DNA of 56,697 nucleotides, from the sequence record PZ513998.1; one strand, written 5' to 3'. This stretch comes from a phage. The notes under the pieces are model-generated. The model saw only the letters and a list, made by a program, of their open reading frames with translations. It made no database searches and was not told where the DNA came from. Both the position numbers and the translations under genes were made by a program. Every line of letters starts with the position of its first letter. Positions within the stretch are counted from its first letter, which is position 1. Of this stretch, positions 36,988 to 48,300 are shown piece after piece.

Positions 36988-37908
36988 ATGTTTTTCTTCG
37001 AGGGGTTCGAACAGTTCGCCTTCGATGGGGATTCCCCGGCTTTCATGCGTAGAGCCGGGTATACCGTTTCGGGGTCTTTCGGCTTCGGCGCAGGACGTAA
37101 GAACGGCGCAAGCGTCCTACTCGGCCGAGGTCGAATATCCCGAGATTTCCCATCTGATACCGGCAATTTTACCGTAGGTTTCGCGTTCAATATGACCACG
37201 AGAGGAAATCTCGTAGGCATCTCAGGCGGGGATAGTACGCTTAAAGTTGGTGTAGACCAGACCACAGGGTTATTACAGTCCGAGGGAGAGTCAGGTTACG
37301 TTATCCCATTGCGTAACAACTGGTACTATCTAGAAGTGGAAGTAAACAAAGACGCAAAGACGGCCGACGTCTATATCAATGGTAAAAAAGACATTACGGT
37401 TTCGATACCAGATGGCGTAGCGACGGCAGACACGCTCACAATAACATTGCGGGACTTCGACGAGTCGGATTTTGCGGACATTCGCTTCGATGACTTGTAT
37501 TATGCCGACACTACGAGAGTCGGGCCTATCACCGTCACTACTCGCGTTCCGACGAAAGACGTATCGAAAGATTGGGGTGTTTCCGGTGGGGAATCTCACC
37601 ATGAGGTCGTAGCTCCCGCACTACCGAACTTAGTTGACCGGTTCATCTATACGGGGACGAATGGTGCTACGGATTCTTTCACCTCGGAAACCGTGCTATC
37701 AGAGGAGACAGAAGTAAAAGGTGTTTCGGTGATAACACTCCTCCGAAAAGCCACCGTAGATCCAGTTAGCGTAGATGTGTTCACAAACGAGCTAGTTAAA
37801 AACGAAGCTACGTTACCTCGTGATTGGGAGTACCGCTACTCAGAACTTGGAGTGCTCCCGGAGCACGTAATACCGGACTCAACTTTCGGAATAACTCTAA
37901 AAGCGTAA
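36988..37908 (+). CDS. tail-associated protein, paralog 3 of 3
   Basis: 306 aa; WYYLEVEVNK, RVGPITVTTRVPTKDVSKDW, FGIT shared with neighbours. Confidence 0.4.
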   Translation: MFFFEGFEQFAFDGDSPAFMRRAGYTVSGSFGFGAGRKNGASVLLGRGRISRDFPSDTGNFTVGFAFNMTTRGNLVGISGGDSTLKVGVDQTTGLLQSEGESGYVIPLRNNWYYLEVEVNKDAKTADVYINGKKDITVSIPDGVATADTLTITLRDFDESDFADIRFDDLYYADTTRVGPITVTTRVPTKDVSKDWGVSGGESHHEVVAPALPNLVDRFIYTGTNGATDSFTSETVLSEETEVKGVSVITLLRKATVDPVSVDVFTNELVKNEATLPRDWEYRYSELGVLPEHVIPDSTFGITLKA

Positions 37909-38646
37909 ATGAAAATTGCCCCTAACATGGGGCTTTCCTATGGTTGGGTGAGAGGCGAGGATTTTTGGGGTGGCCCAATGAACGAGACGCTAACCACCTT
38001 AGATACTGTTACGTTTCTACGCCTACAATCTATCACGTTTAGTGCGCCACCGGCTGACGCTAAAAACGGCGACACCTATTTTATCTATAAAAACCCGACT
38101 GGCCCTTGGGTTGGCCAAGAAAGAAAACTGGCCGTATTGATCGACGGCGTGTGGCAATTCATCGAACCCAAACGAGGTTGGCGAGCATTCTTAGACCCGA
38201 CCAGTGAGTTTATCTGGTGGGACGGGGAGACGTGGCGTATTGAGAATACCGGAGTTGACCCGATCAACCCTAACCCATCTCCCGATGTTGTACCTATGGC
38301 GTTTGATGTATCCGCGACTATTTCGGAGAAGATGTATCCATCGGAAGTGCTCGTACACTTGCCAATTATCGACAATATGTACCTACCGGCTAACATGGCA
38401 CAATCTCAATTCGACGCCCGTAGTGCTTTTCTCGATAAAGCTAAGTTCACTGTGCAGAGAAATAACCAAACTGTCGGCACATTCACTGTCGATCGGGGGC
38501 AATATAACGCCACTTTCGTGACGTCTGGTAGCGTTGCCGTGAGATTTTTCAAAGGTGACAGGCTGACAATCTTAGCTCCGGTTGATACAATCGACTCAGC
38601 CGTTAACTTCGGCTTTATTATTAGATTAATGATTCAGGGGGCTTAA
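37909..38646 (+). CDS. hypothetical tail-associated protein
   Basis: 245-aa ORF between the paralog triplet and the J-like protein. Confidence 0.3.
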   Translation: MKIAPNMGLSYGWVRGEDFWGGPMNETLTTLDTVTFLRLQSITFSAPPADAKNGDTYFIYKNPTGPWVGQERKLAVLIDGVWQFIEPKRGWRAFLDPTSEFIWWDGETWRIENTGVDPINPNPSPDVVPMAFDVSATISEKMYPSEVLVHLPIIDNMYLPANMAQSQFDARSAFLDKAKFTVQRNNQTVGTFTVDRGQYNATFVTSGSVAVRFFKGDRLTILAPVDTIDSAVNFGFIIRLMIQGA

Positions 38647-41600
38647 ATGGGGCTACACATGGGGATCGGCCGTGGCCCTATTGATGAATTGATGGAAATC
38701 GAGGTCGGCGGAAGAACCGCTTGGCGTGGTTCCGTTAAAGAGTCCTCGTTCTTTCGGATACGGGCTGAAAATCTTTTCGGGGGTAAGAAAGCGGAGGGAG
38801 GCATTGAGGGTGGTTTCGAACTCTACATGGGCGATAAGGATCAGGTCGTTAGCGACAAACTTAAATCCATGTTGGGCGGTGGGAGCCAACCGGAGTTTCG
38901 CGGAGTAGCTACCGGCTATTTCGATGGTTTAGTGTCGGCCATGAACCCATACCCGAAAGCGTGGCGATTTAAAATACGTCGCATCTTAAAAGGTTGGGAC
39001 GGTGGGGTGTGGTATCCGGAAAAAGCGGTCATAGAACTTACCGGCCACGATGACGAGGGGAAAGAGTATCCCATCAAGGCGATGAACCCGGCTCACGTTA
39101 TTTACGAGTGTATGACAAACCGAGATTGGGGCCGAGGTATCTCTCGTGACCTACTGTTTGACTCGGAGTTCCGAAAGGTGGCCGATACGTTGTTCGAGGA
39201 GGGGTTCGGGATCTGTATTGCGTGGAGACGCCAAGACACCCTAGAGTCTTTTATCCAGAATATACTTAACCACATTTCAGGCGTGTTATACGTCGATAAG
39301 TTTACCGGTACTTTCAAACTCAAGTTACTTCGTAATGACTACGATGCGGATAACTTGCCGGTGTACGGTTTTGAGAGCGGGTTACTACAAATCGAGGAAG
39401 CGACTAACGGCGCAATCCATGGTCTGATGAATGAGTGTGTCGTTAAATGGTTCAACCCGATCGTCGGTAAAGAGAGTCAAGTTCGAGCACAGAACCTAGC
39501 CCTGATTCAGACTTCCGGCGCCATCAAAAGCGACACATTCACGTATGAGGGGGTGCCAACCGCAAAACTGGCCACTATCATAGCAGAAAGAGACTTACGT
39601 GTTGCGTCTACTAACGTCCGCCGGTTCACCCTAGTTTGTGACCGTCGAGCATGGCGAGTACAACCGGGAGACGTTTTGAAGATTTCCGACCCAAAGACAC
39701 GCGGACTTGAGAGCGTAATCGTTCGTGTAGCGGACACAGAGGAGAGTAAACAATCCGATGGTCAGATACGATTATCTTGCGTACAAGACACGTTCTCGTT
39801 CGACCTGAACACGTTTACTGGTGTTCAAGACCCGTCTTTCCCTAAACCGAACCTAAACCCGGTTCCGGCCAGACGTTTAGTTTATGAGGCGACATACGCA
39901 GAATTGTCGTCCCTATTCCCACTAGGAGAGTTTGAGGCCATCAAGCCGTCTTTCGGGTATTTGCGGGCACAGGCGGAAAAAGGCTCACCGGTAACGATGG
40001 CGTTCGAGATGCACGTCCAAAACCCGACCACTGGAAAGTATGAGAAAACAGGTGCGGGGGATTTCACTGCGCTATTCGAATTACCGGTTGACCTTGGATA
40101 TTTAGACCGCTATATCCGAATGAAAGATCCGGTAGATGAAGACTTGATTGAAGTCGGGGACGTTTTTTACGTCAACCAAGAAATAATCATGATCCAGTCT
40201 ATCGAGGAAGACGGGTTAGTCGAAATACGTCGAGGCGTGTACGACACCGTACCTCACCAACACCCCGCTGGCTCCGTAGTGTGGGATATGGTTCAAGGTG
40301 GCGGGCTTGACCTGACAACCCGACAAGCGGGAGAAACCTTATCGGTGAAGATACTCCCATGGACGCTATCGGGTGGGGTTCTCGACGAGTCTAACGTGTC
40401 CGAAGATGAACTGACTTTCAATTACCGATTCTACCGCCCATACGCTCCGGGTAAAGTAGAACTCACCTCAGTGGAAAGCACGGAACCGAACCCTTGGTTT
40501 AATGGCCATGTTTTACGAGCGGACGTCGGAGAGGCCGAAGTGCCTGACGCCTTGACGATAACGTGGGCGCACCGAGATAGACCGATGCAACAAGACAAGC
40601 CTATTTATCATGAGCAAGATAGTATCGGGCCGGAGCCGGGAACGACATACCGAATTAGTATCCTAAACGCTAAGGGTGAAGTAATCCGCAGAGAAAACGG
40701 GATTACCGGCACACAGTTTGTCTACACTTACGGCCAAGCGAGCCTAGATTTGAACGTGGAAGCGTCAGCCATAGATCCGGTTGCTGGGTACTTGAGATTA
40801 GAGTCTATGCGCGACGGGTTCGAATCGTGGCAAAACTACTTAATACCGATCACCGTTTTCAAGAAACCGCCTCAAATGGCGTATGTTAGTTTCTTAAACC
40901 AATCTGTCGCTCAGGTGTCCGATAAAATCGACCCCGAAGATAAAGACGGAGAGACGGCCGTAGACGCAAAAGCCATGGTTAGTTTTGTCAACCAATCCGT
41001 AGCACAGGAGAGCGAAGATCTATCTTCCGGTGGCGGGGGCCTACCTGATGGCGTGAATGTTAGCTATGTGCGACAACCGGTTTCGCAACAAGGCAAATTA
41101 GTTCCTATCGTAGATAGCCAACTGTTTGAGTTCCCTTACTTAATGTTGCTACGCCATGGGTTCGAACCGTCCGCCTCACAATTCTTCGCTACGGTAGCTA
41201 GACCGTCAGACCGTGTAACCGACGGGTACGATTTGTTCGAGAAAGAGAAGAACGATACAGAGTACGTGAACCAAGGGGCGCAACCGTGGACGCCGTGGGG
41301 GATTCTGTCTAAGGCAATCTCATATCTGGATAATGAGATAATCCTCGATGCTACGTCGGATTCTGACGGGGTTCCTACTGAGGACGCGATGCCGGGCGAC
41401 GTGATTTTCGTCGGAGCCGAAGCGATGGTGATCCGGGGCATCGATGGTAAACGTATTACGGTTGGCCGTGGTTGTGTTGATACAATCCCCGCACTTCATG
41501 GGAAAGGTCAAGTTGTGTGGTTTGTCGACAAACAAATAGCTTCCGGGCAACGTAAATATCACGACGGCCAGACTTGCGTAGTTGCCGTAAGGCCTCATTC

Positions 41601-42426
41601 TCTCGCAGCAGAAATCCAGCCTAAAGACGTGGTAAACAAACAACTGGAAGTGAAACTACGCGCGGATAGACCATATCCACCGGGGTTCTTGCTCGGCAAC
41701 GGTGAGCACTTTTTCAAAGGGTGGGACGCACTGGCCGATAACTTTGACTACTATGACCCGCAAGGCAAAGACTTAGTGATGACGTGGGCGCACCGTAACC
41801 GAGTTCGTCAAGGGGAAACCGTGTTAGACCATCTTGATGTGGGACAACAACGGCCAAGCGACGTAATGTATCGAGTGTGGATCGGGAAACGATATACTCC
41901 TAGATACAGCAATCGCACAGTTACTATCACCATGGGGACGTATTATACTCGCGACGCAGGAATGACGATCAAGGCCGAAGACTTACACGCGTTCGGCAGA
42001 CGAGTAGGGATCTTGACGGAATCCACCGGCTACGTCTATGTTTCGATCACGGTATCCGCTGTCGATGAAAACGAGCTTAGTAGCTGGCAAGGATATAATA
42101 CTCAGTGTAAAGTACCCTCAATTCCGGCCAAGCGAGATGTTGACCCCAATCCGGGAAGACCTGACCCGGGAACTGGCGGTGGCGAAACTGGCGGTGGCGG
42201 AACTGGCGGTGGTACGAACCCCGGCAATCCAGATCCGGGTCAGCCTGATAGACCGAACCCCGACCCCGACCCGGGCAACCCTGATCCAGAACCTAATCCG
42301 GGCAACCCTGACCCTGATCCGGTCGAGCCTCCGCCACCGTTGGTTGTTGCCGGTTGGTCAAACAAGTGGGATCATGATTGGGCGGAACGACTACCAGACC
42401 AAGACGTCAAAGAGGATACTGAATAA
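38647..42426 (+). CDS. host specificity / central tail fibre protein (lambda gpJ-like)
   Basis: 1259 aa; N-terminus MGLHMGIGRGPIDEL resembles the start of J-like tip proteins; size and position relative to tape measure fit; Pro/Gly/Asp-rich repeat tail at C-terminus. Confidence 0.55.
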   Translation: MGLHMGIGRGPIDELMEIEVGGRTAWRGSVKESSFFRIRAENLFGGKKAEGGIEGGFELYMGDKDQVVSDKLKSMLGGGSQPEFRGVATGYFDGLVSAMNPYPKAWRFKIRRILKGWDGGVWYPEKAVIELTGHDDEGKEYPIKAMNPAHVIYECMTNRDWGRGISRDLLFDSEFRKVADTLFEEGFGICIAWRRQDTLESFIQNILNHISGVLYVDKFTGTFKLKLLRNDYDADNLPVYGFESGLLQIEEATNGAIHGLMNECVVKWFNPIVGKESQVRAQNLALIQTSGAIKSDTFTYEGVPTAKLATIIAERDLRVASTNVRRFTLVCDRRAWRVQPGDVLKISDPKTRGLESVIVRVADTEESKQSDGQIRLSCVQDTFSFDLNTFTGVQDPSFPKPNLNPVPARRLVYEATYAELSSLFPLGEFEAIKPSFGYLRAQAEKGSPVTMAFEMHVQNPTTGKYEKTGAGDFTALFELPVDLGYLDRYIRMKDPVDEDLIEVGDVFYVNQEIIMIQSIEEDGLVEIRRGVYDTVPHQHPAGSVVWDMVQGGGLDLTTRQAGETLSVKILPWTLSGGVLDESNVSEDELTFNYRFYRPYAPGKVELTSVESTEPNPWFNGHVLRADVGEAEVPDALTITWAHRDRPMQQDKPIYHEQDSIGPEPGTTYRISILNAKGEVIRRENGITGTQFVYTYGQASLDLNVEASAIDPVAGYLRLESMRDGFESWQNYLIPITVFKKPPQMAYVSFLNQSVAQVSDKIDPEDKDGETAVDAKAMVSFVNQSVAQESEDLSSGGGGLPDGVNVSYVRQPVSQQGKLVPIVDSQLFEFPYLMLLRHGFEPSASQFFATVARPSDRVTDGYDLFEKEKNDTEYVNQGAQPWTPWGILSKAISYLDNEIILDATSDSDGVPTEDAMPGDVIFVGAEAMVIRGIDGKRITVGRGCVDTIPALHGKGQVVWFVDKQIASGQRKYHDGQTCVVAVRPHSLAAEIQPKDVVNKQLEVKLRADRPYPPGFLLGNGEHFFKGWDALADNFDYYDPQGKDLVMTWAHRNRVRQGETVLDHLDVGQQRPSDVMYRVWIGKRYTPRYSNRTVTITMGTYYTRDAGMTIKAEDLHAFGRRVGILTESTGYVYVSITVSAVDENELSSWQGYNTQCKVPSIPAKRDVDPNPGRPDPGTGGGETGGGGTGGGTNPGNPDPGQPDRPNPDPDPGNPDPEPNPGNPDPDPVEPPPPLVVAGWSNKWDHDWAERLPDQDVKEDTE

Positions 42427-42636
42427 ATGGAAAAAAGAATTTACATCAAACATGTTCGTCAAGCCGGATATTGTGCTAACGGCGTAGGCCGGGTATTAGA
42501 GCGGATCGGTGTTGACGAAAGAGACTTTTTACAGAACGGGTTGCTGATCACCCCGCAACTGGCTAACAACACAAACCCGATGATACGACGTGTGGTAGAA
42601 ATCGCACTCGCTGATAGTGAGGTAAAACGTGGGTAA
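42427..42636 (+). CDS. hypothetical protein
   Basis: 69-aa ORF. Confidence 0.25.
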   Translation: MEKRIYIKHVRQAGYCANGVGRVLERIGVDERDFLQNGLLITPQLANNTNPMIRRVVEIALADSEVKRG

Positions 42637-42873
42637 ATGGGTATCGAATGGGCTTTAGCAGCCATGGTCGCAAGTTTGCTGATCTCAATTGCGTTAACCC
42701 CGAAACCGGCTTCGGCAAAACCGCCGACGTTTGATGACTCTAACATACCTCAGATTGAAGACGGCACACCGCAAACCGTATATTTCGGGGAGTGCTGGAC
42801 AGGAGATTGGCAGGTGTTAGGTTACGGCGATATGAGAACTTCAAAAATCAAAGCAAGTCAGGCTAAAAAATAA
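42637..42873 (+). CDS. hypothetical protein with N-terminal hydrophobic helix
   Basis: 78-aa ORF. Confidence 0.25.
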   Translation: MGIEWALAAMVASLLISIALTPKPASAKPPTFDDSNIPQIEDGTPQTVYFGECWTGDWQVLGYGDMRTSKIKASQAKK

Positions 42874-43689
42874 ATGGCATATAATCAACTAGAAATATCC
42901 ACTGATGACGGTCAGCCGATTTACTTATATGAGTTTCGGCTGAACGACAATTATTGGCGATACACTTCCGCTAAAAAAGATATCCAGATGTTAGGGCAAA
43001 CTTGGCTTGGCACCCCCATGGAAGATGACGGGATACGCCAAACAAGTGACGCCCAATCGGATAGCCTAACCATCTTAATGCCTCAGTCGGCGGTAATAGT
43101 CGATTTGTTCCGGGGCACACCACCAATCAATGCAGTAACGTTAAAGATCCGCAGGTTCCACCGTGGCGATACCGAAGCAGCCGTCTGTTACGTCGGCGAA
43201 GTGCTACAACTAGATACTGCTAACGCTGCCGCAGCTAAGATTACGTGTAACACCCTTTCCGCGTCGATGGAGCAAAACGGTTTACGTTTAGCGTGGTCTC
43301 GCTCGTGCCCCCACGCGTTATACAATTCGTCATGTGGCGTAAACCCGGCCGAGTTTATGGTCGAAGCTACGATACAAAGCGTCGGGTCAAACAATATCAT
43401 GTCTAAGGATTTAGCACCTTACGGGGAATCCTATTTCGCCGGCGGATACATCGAATGGGTAGATAAACTCCGCGGGGTGGAGAGACGCGCTATTCAGGCA
43501 CACAGCTACGACTCAATAGAAATTTTCGGAACCGTGGGCGGAATTACCGGCGGAATGATCATAAAGGTATTTCCCGGCTGTCCTCGAACCGTGGCATCTT
43601 GCCGAGATAAGTTTAATAACCTCGCTAATTATGGCGGAATACCATCAATGCCGGGGCGTTCTCCGTTTGACGGAAATCCGGTTTACTAA
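42874..43689 (+). CDS. minor tail protein with C-terminal Cys cluster (lambda gpL-like)
   Basis: 271 aa; four Cys in the C-terminal half (SCPHALYNSSCG ... GCPRTVASCRD) as in Fe-S-binding gpL-type proteins; position next to tape measure. Confidence 0.4.
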   Translation: MAYNQLEISTDDGQPIYLYEFRLNDNYWRYTSAKKDIQMLGQTWLGTPMEDDGIRQTSDAQSDSLTILMPQSAVIVDLFRGTPPINAVTLKIRRFHRGDTEAAVCYVGEVLQLDTANAAAAKITCNTLSASMEQNGLRLAWSRSCPHALYNSSCGVNPAEFMVEATIQSVGSNNIMSKDLAPYGESYFAGGYIEWVDKLRGVERRAIQAHSYDSIEIFGTVGGITGGMIIKVFPGCPRTVASCRDKFNNLANYGGIPSMPGRSPFDGNPVY

Positions 43690-45378
43690 ATGGCACTATT
43701 AGGATTACGGCCGTTTAGGGAGACAAATTCCGAGGGGTTGGCGCCAGAACAGAGCGCCCGCCTTTCGGGGGCGTACCAAATATTCGCCCAAGAAATCTAT
43801 GACAAGCCCGACGTCGGTCAAAAATATTACGGGTCTAAATGGACTCGTTTTCCGGCGGGGGAATATACGATATCGATGATCGCTAACGGCTTCGGCGGTG
43901 TTGGTCTTGAGGGAACCGTCATCGCGGATAATGTTAGTAACGGTGGGTCTTGGACTACGCCCACTACCGCAAAATTTTCGATAACGGCCAACGCGGTAAT
44001 TAAATTCGATATCTGGTATACGGCCAACGCGACTAATGAGCCAGCGTATTTCATCTACGTGATACATGATAGTACCGGAGAAGTATTTGAAGTATCGAGA
44101 GCGAATGAGTATATAGGGAATATCGTTCCTATCGAAATGGAAGATATGCCCCCACGACCTCCGTTCTCGGTAGACAATCGACTACAATTGCCGGTGTTCC
44201 TACCGAAACCAAACTGGAAAGATGGCGTAGTTGAGGGGCTATCGTGGCTCACTGACGTTCTTCAATCAGAAACGGGCGCGGAACAACGTAGACGACTAAG
44301 AGAGCAACCGAGACAACACTTGACGGCGAGTTTTGCTAGTTTCGGAGTAACGAGAAACCTAATTGACGGATACCTTACGGCCGTTGGCCCTAACGAGGGT
44401 TTAGTCCCCTTATGGTTTTACGAAGAAGTCGTAGACAACAAACTAACCGTGGCTACCGTGGAAGTGTTGGGGGACTTTAAAGACATACCGCTACGCGTTA
44501 ATGATACGGTGATCATTAGAGAACCTTACGACATGCTCGCTTTTGAGTTGAATGTCATCAAAGAATACTCCGACAATAAAATCGTATTACGGTATGGTTT
44601 ACAAAGAGATTTCATTCTCGGTAGCACAATAACGCCTATGCGACAATCTCGCGTGGAACTAACGGCCGAAGTATCGCAACTCACGGATCAAGTTAGCACG
44701 ACTCAACTACAATTCAGCGTAACCGAAGACCCGACAATATTTGAGAAGTGGGACGCTCCGGTTTACAAAAATACCGGATTGCGTGTGTTCACTATGGAAC
44801 CTAACTTTAGGGATATCGCATTTACATACGGGTCGAATGCAGTATTTTTCGATGGTCAGGTGGGCGGTATTTCAATGGCCTATCCGGGAGGTCAAGCGCA
44901 ACAATGGGAACGACTCGGGTTCCATATTAACGGCCGTGAGGATATGCGTAAATTCGTAGAGATGATCCACACAATGAATGGCCGGTGGAAATCATTTCAC
45001 TTACCGACGTACCGAGATGAATTTGAACTGATACAAGATATCAATACCAACGACGGGGCGCTTAGAGTACACCCATCAGGCTATACGCTTTACGGCCAAA
45101 GTAGCCAGAACACCCGAAAACACATCATGATCGAGTTGTTTGACGGCCGAGTTTTTTACAACACGATAATCTCAAGTAGAACTATGCGAGGGGAGGAGTG
45201 GCTATTCTTAGCAGAGACACTACCTAACATTGCAATGAGTGACGTTCGTCGTGTATGCTATATGCCGATAACTCGCTTAGATATAGATTCTATTGAGTTC
45301 CAACGATTAACTGATAGTCGGGGAGTAAGCACAGTTACGCTCGTATTCGTAAATATTCCGATGGAGCGAACCGTTTAG
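43690..45378 (+). CDS. tail component protein (distal tail region)
   Basis: 562-aa ORF abutting the tape measure gene; assignment by position only. Confidence 0.3.
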   Translation: MALLGLRPFRETNSEGLAPEQSARLSGAYQIFAQEIYDKPDVGQKYYGSKWTRFPAGEYTISMIANGFGGVGLEGTVIADNVSNGGSWTTPTTAKFSITANAVIKFDIWYTANATNEPAYFIYVIHDSTGEVFEVSRANEYIGNIVPIEMEDMPPRPPFSVDNRLQLPVFLPKPNWKDGVVEGLSWLTDVLQSETGAEQRRRLREQPRQHLTASFASFGVTRNLIDGYLTAVGPNEGLVPLWFYEEVVDNKLTVATVEVLGDFKDIPLRVNDTVIIREPYDMLAFELNVIKEYSDNKIVLRYGLQRDFILGSTITPMRQSRVELTAEVSQLTDQVSTTQLQFSVTEDPTIFEKWDAPVYKNTGLRVFTMEPNFRDIAFTYGSNAVFFDGQVGGISMAYPGGQAQQWERLGFHINGREDMRKFVEMIHTMNGRWKSFHLPTYRDEFELIQDINTNDGALRVHPSGYTLYGQSSQNTRKHIMIELFDGRVFYNTIISSRTMRGEEWLFLAETLPNIAMSDVRRVCYMPITRLDIDSIEFQRLTDSRGVSTVTLVFVNIPMERTV

Positions 45379-48300
45379 GTGGCAAATAGAGACGTAGAAC
45401 TACGGATCAGAGCCAGAGATGATAGTCAGAAAACGCTAAAGCAAGTATCAAAGACGTTAGATGACTTAACATCGGCGCAGACCCGTAACGCGGACGCAGC
45501 GAAACGAGGTGACGCTTCGGTCAGAGAACTAGAACAACAATATAAGAAATTAGAGAATGCCGGACAACAATTGCTCCGGCTTAATTCTTTAACAGAGATG
45601 TTTACCCGCCAGAAAGAGGCGCTTAATAAGGTAAACACTCAATTGGCCGAAGCCAAGAAAAAACATAGTGACCTTTCCTCCGCTATGAACGGTGCGTCTA
45701 ATGTCACTAAGAAAATGCAGTCCGACTTAGACAAAGCAGAACGAGCGGTAAAGCGTTTGACCGACCAACAAGACCGGTCGACCAAGAGCGTACAAAAGAC
45801 CGCCAAGGAACTATCTCGTTTCGGGATTTCGTCGAATGATATTGCGACCGCACAGAAAAGAATACGTGATGAAGTAACCCGGACAAACCAAGCGCTAGCC
45901 CGCCAAGAGAAGATCATAGGTGACGTGCCGACTCGCGCACAGAAAGCCCACGCCCAACTACTAGCAAGTTTGAAGTTACAAGCAAACCAACTGGTAGCGA
46001 GCACGAAAGGCTATCAAACACTTGGCCGAGTGATCTCGTCTTTACCGTCAATGTCCGGGCAAATGGCCGACTTGATGGCTCCGGCAGAAGCAGCTAGGCG
46101 TAAGATAGGTACACTAGAAAAACAGATAAACGATTTAGCTACGGCATCAAAACGTTGGCGCAAAGACGCTAGCGGTATGAATTCAGACCTAAAGGCCCTA
46201 GAAGCCTCCGCGAAATCGGCGATAGGAATGTCCCGCATGATCGAGACTTTCCAACGTCAAACCGAAGCGGTGAGAAAAGCGAGAGCGGAATACCGATCAG
46301 CACAGGCCGACGCTAAGAACTTAGCAAATCAGGTAAGACAAGCCGGCACAGCGAATGCCGAGATGGGCGCAAAACTTCAAGCGTCTAATGCTCGACTACG
46401 CGAAGCAAGCCAAGCGTTACGGAATGAAACGGCTTCCGCTAGACAGACTCAATCCGCGTTACGGTCAGCCGGTATTGATACTAGAAACCTAGGAGCGGAA
46501 CAACAACGACTCCGGGGATTAGTACAAAACTCGGTGGGCGGTATTAATAACCTCCGAGCATCGTTAGAGCGGTTGTCCGGTAGCGCCCGATCTTCCGGCA
46601 AAGCCTTTTCATTCTTCCGAGACGAGGGACGTACCACGTTGTCATTCATGCAGAGAATGCGTGGTGACGTTCTTAGTCTGGCGTCAGCCTACATCGGGGT
46701 TCAAGGCGCCGTAGACATGGCGAAAGGTGCGGTAGAGGCCTTTAAGGTTCAACAACAAGCCATGGTTAAAATCGGAACGGTGGTGGGGTCTGGCCCGGAA
46801 GAACGAGCGAAAGAATGGGAGTATATGTTAGGCCTCTCAGATGCGCTCGGTATTAAAATTGAAACACTAAGTAAGGCATATACCAAGTTTGCGGTATCGG
46901 CTAAGGAAGTAGGCCTATCGCAGAAAGAAGCTAAATTTATCTTTGAGAATATCGCAAAGACGGCTCGCGTATATCACCTATCCGACGATGATATGAACGG
47001 CGTGTTCTTGGCCTTGGAACAAATGCTCTCGAAAGGACAAGTTTATGCAGAGGAGTTGAGGCAACAATTAGGTGAACGTCTCCCCGGCGCCGTAGCGATG
47101 TTCGCGAAAAGTTTAGGTAAGACCATACCCGAATTTACAAAGATGATGGAGAATGGCGAGGTAGACGCCAGATCCGTGATTAACTTCGCGAACGAACAAG
47201 GCAAAGCTATCGAAGCGCAACTCGCCGAAGCGCAAAAAGGCGTAGATGCGATCGAAGCTAGAGCATCAAATGCGATGTTCAACCTCAAACTGGCGATATC
47301 AAAATCCGGGTTCATCGAAGCGTATACCTCGATGTTGGAGAAACTGACGGAGTTCATCACATCAGACCGAGGTAAAGAAGCAGCCGAAAAACTCGGAACA
47401 GCGTTCTCCGCGATTGCCGACGGGGTGATATGGGCCGTGGATAATGTAGACCTACTAATAGACGCCCTAAAGGTCTTAGCATCGATAAAGGTGATAAAGA
47501 TCTTAGTATCCACCGGCCGGAATTTGATATCCGTATTCAAGGAAGTTAAGGGCGTCATTTCAACGGTATTGCCTCTAGGAAAACGCTTGGTAGGAGGTAT
47601 CGGATCTCTAATTGCTAGCACAGGACTACTCACCGGTGCGCTGAAACTTCTACTAAGAGCGATACCGTTTGTCGGGGTGGCCCTGTTAGCGTGGGATATG
47701 GTTTCCATTCTCTACGAGAACAACGAAGCGTTCCGGAAGTTTTGCGACGAGACGATCGAGCGGGCTAAGTACCTCGGCAAGATGCTAATCGATTATGCGA
47801 AAGTACCGGGTACTGCGATATATGATTTATTAGTGTCGTTCGTCAGGCCAATAACTACGTTGTTCGGTGATTCCATCAAACAAGTTGGCAAGTGGTTGGC
47901 AGACCTGTTAGGAATGTTACCTGTGGTGGGGGACTCACTAAGCGCATGGGTCATGGGTATTACTGACGACCTGACGAAAGCTGACCGTGAGATATTCGAG
48001 TCTTCGAATAAGCTCAGCAAAGATATCGTAGACAATTGGGATAAGATGACCGGCGACGTATCTTATGTCCACGAAAAAGCCATGGAAACGGTGGCAGACA
48101 ATGCCGGAAAGACCGCCGGAGCCGTAATCGGTTCAATGGAACTGGTGAGCAAGGCTGCAGAACAGTTAGCCAAGAAACAAAGCGGATTCGAGTTTCAGAA
48201 AGACCCCGGAACGGGAATAGGTCAAAGAGACCTCGACATGCGTGCGTTGAAAAAGGAGATCGAGAAACGCCAGAACGCGGAGGAGAAAGCCGACCTAGCA

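Noticed and set aside
47043-47708. 221-aa minus-strand ORF inside the tape measure gene (also 49203-49742, 179 aa)
   Set aside because: Embedded antisense in a long + strand gene with a coherent coiled-coil product; no independent support.
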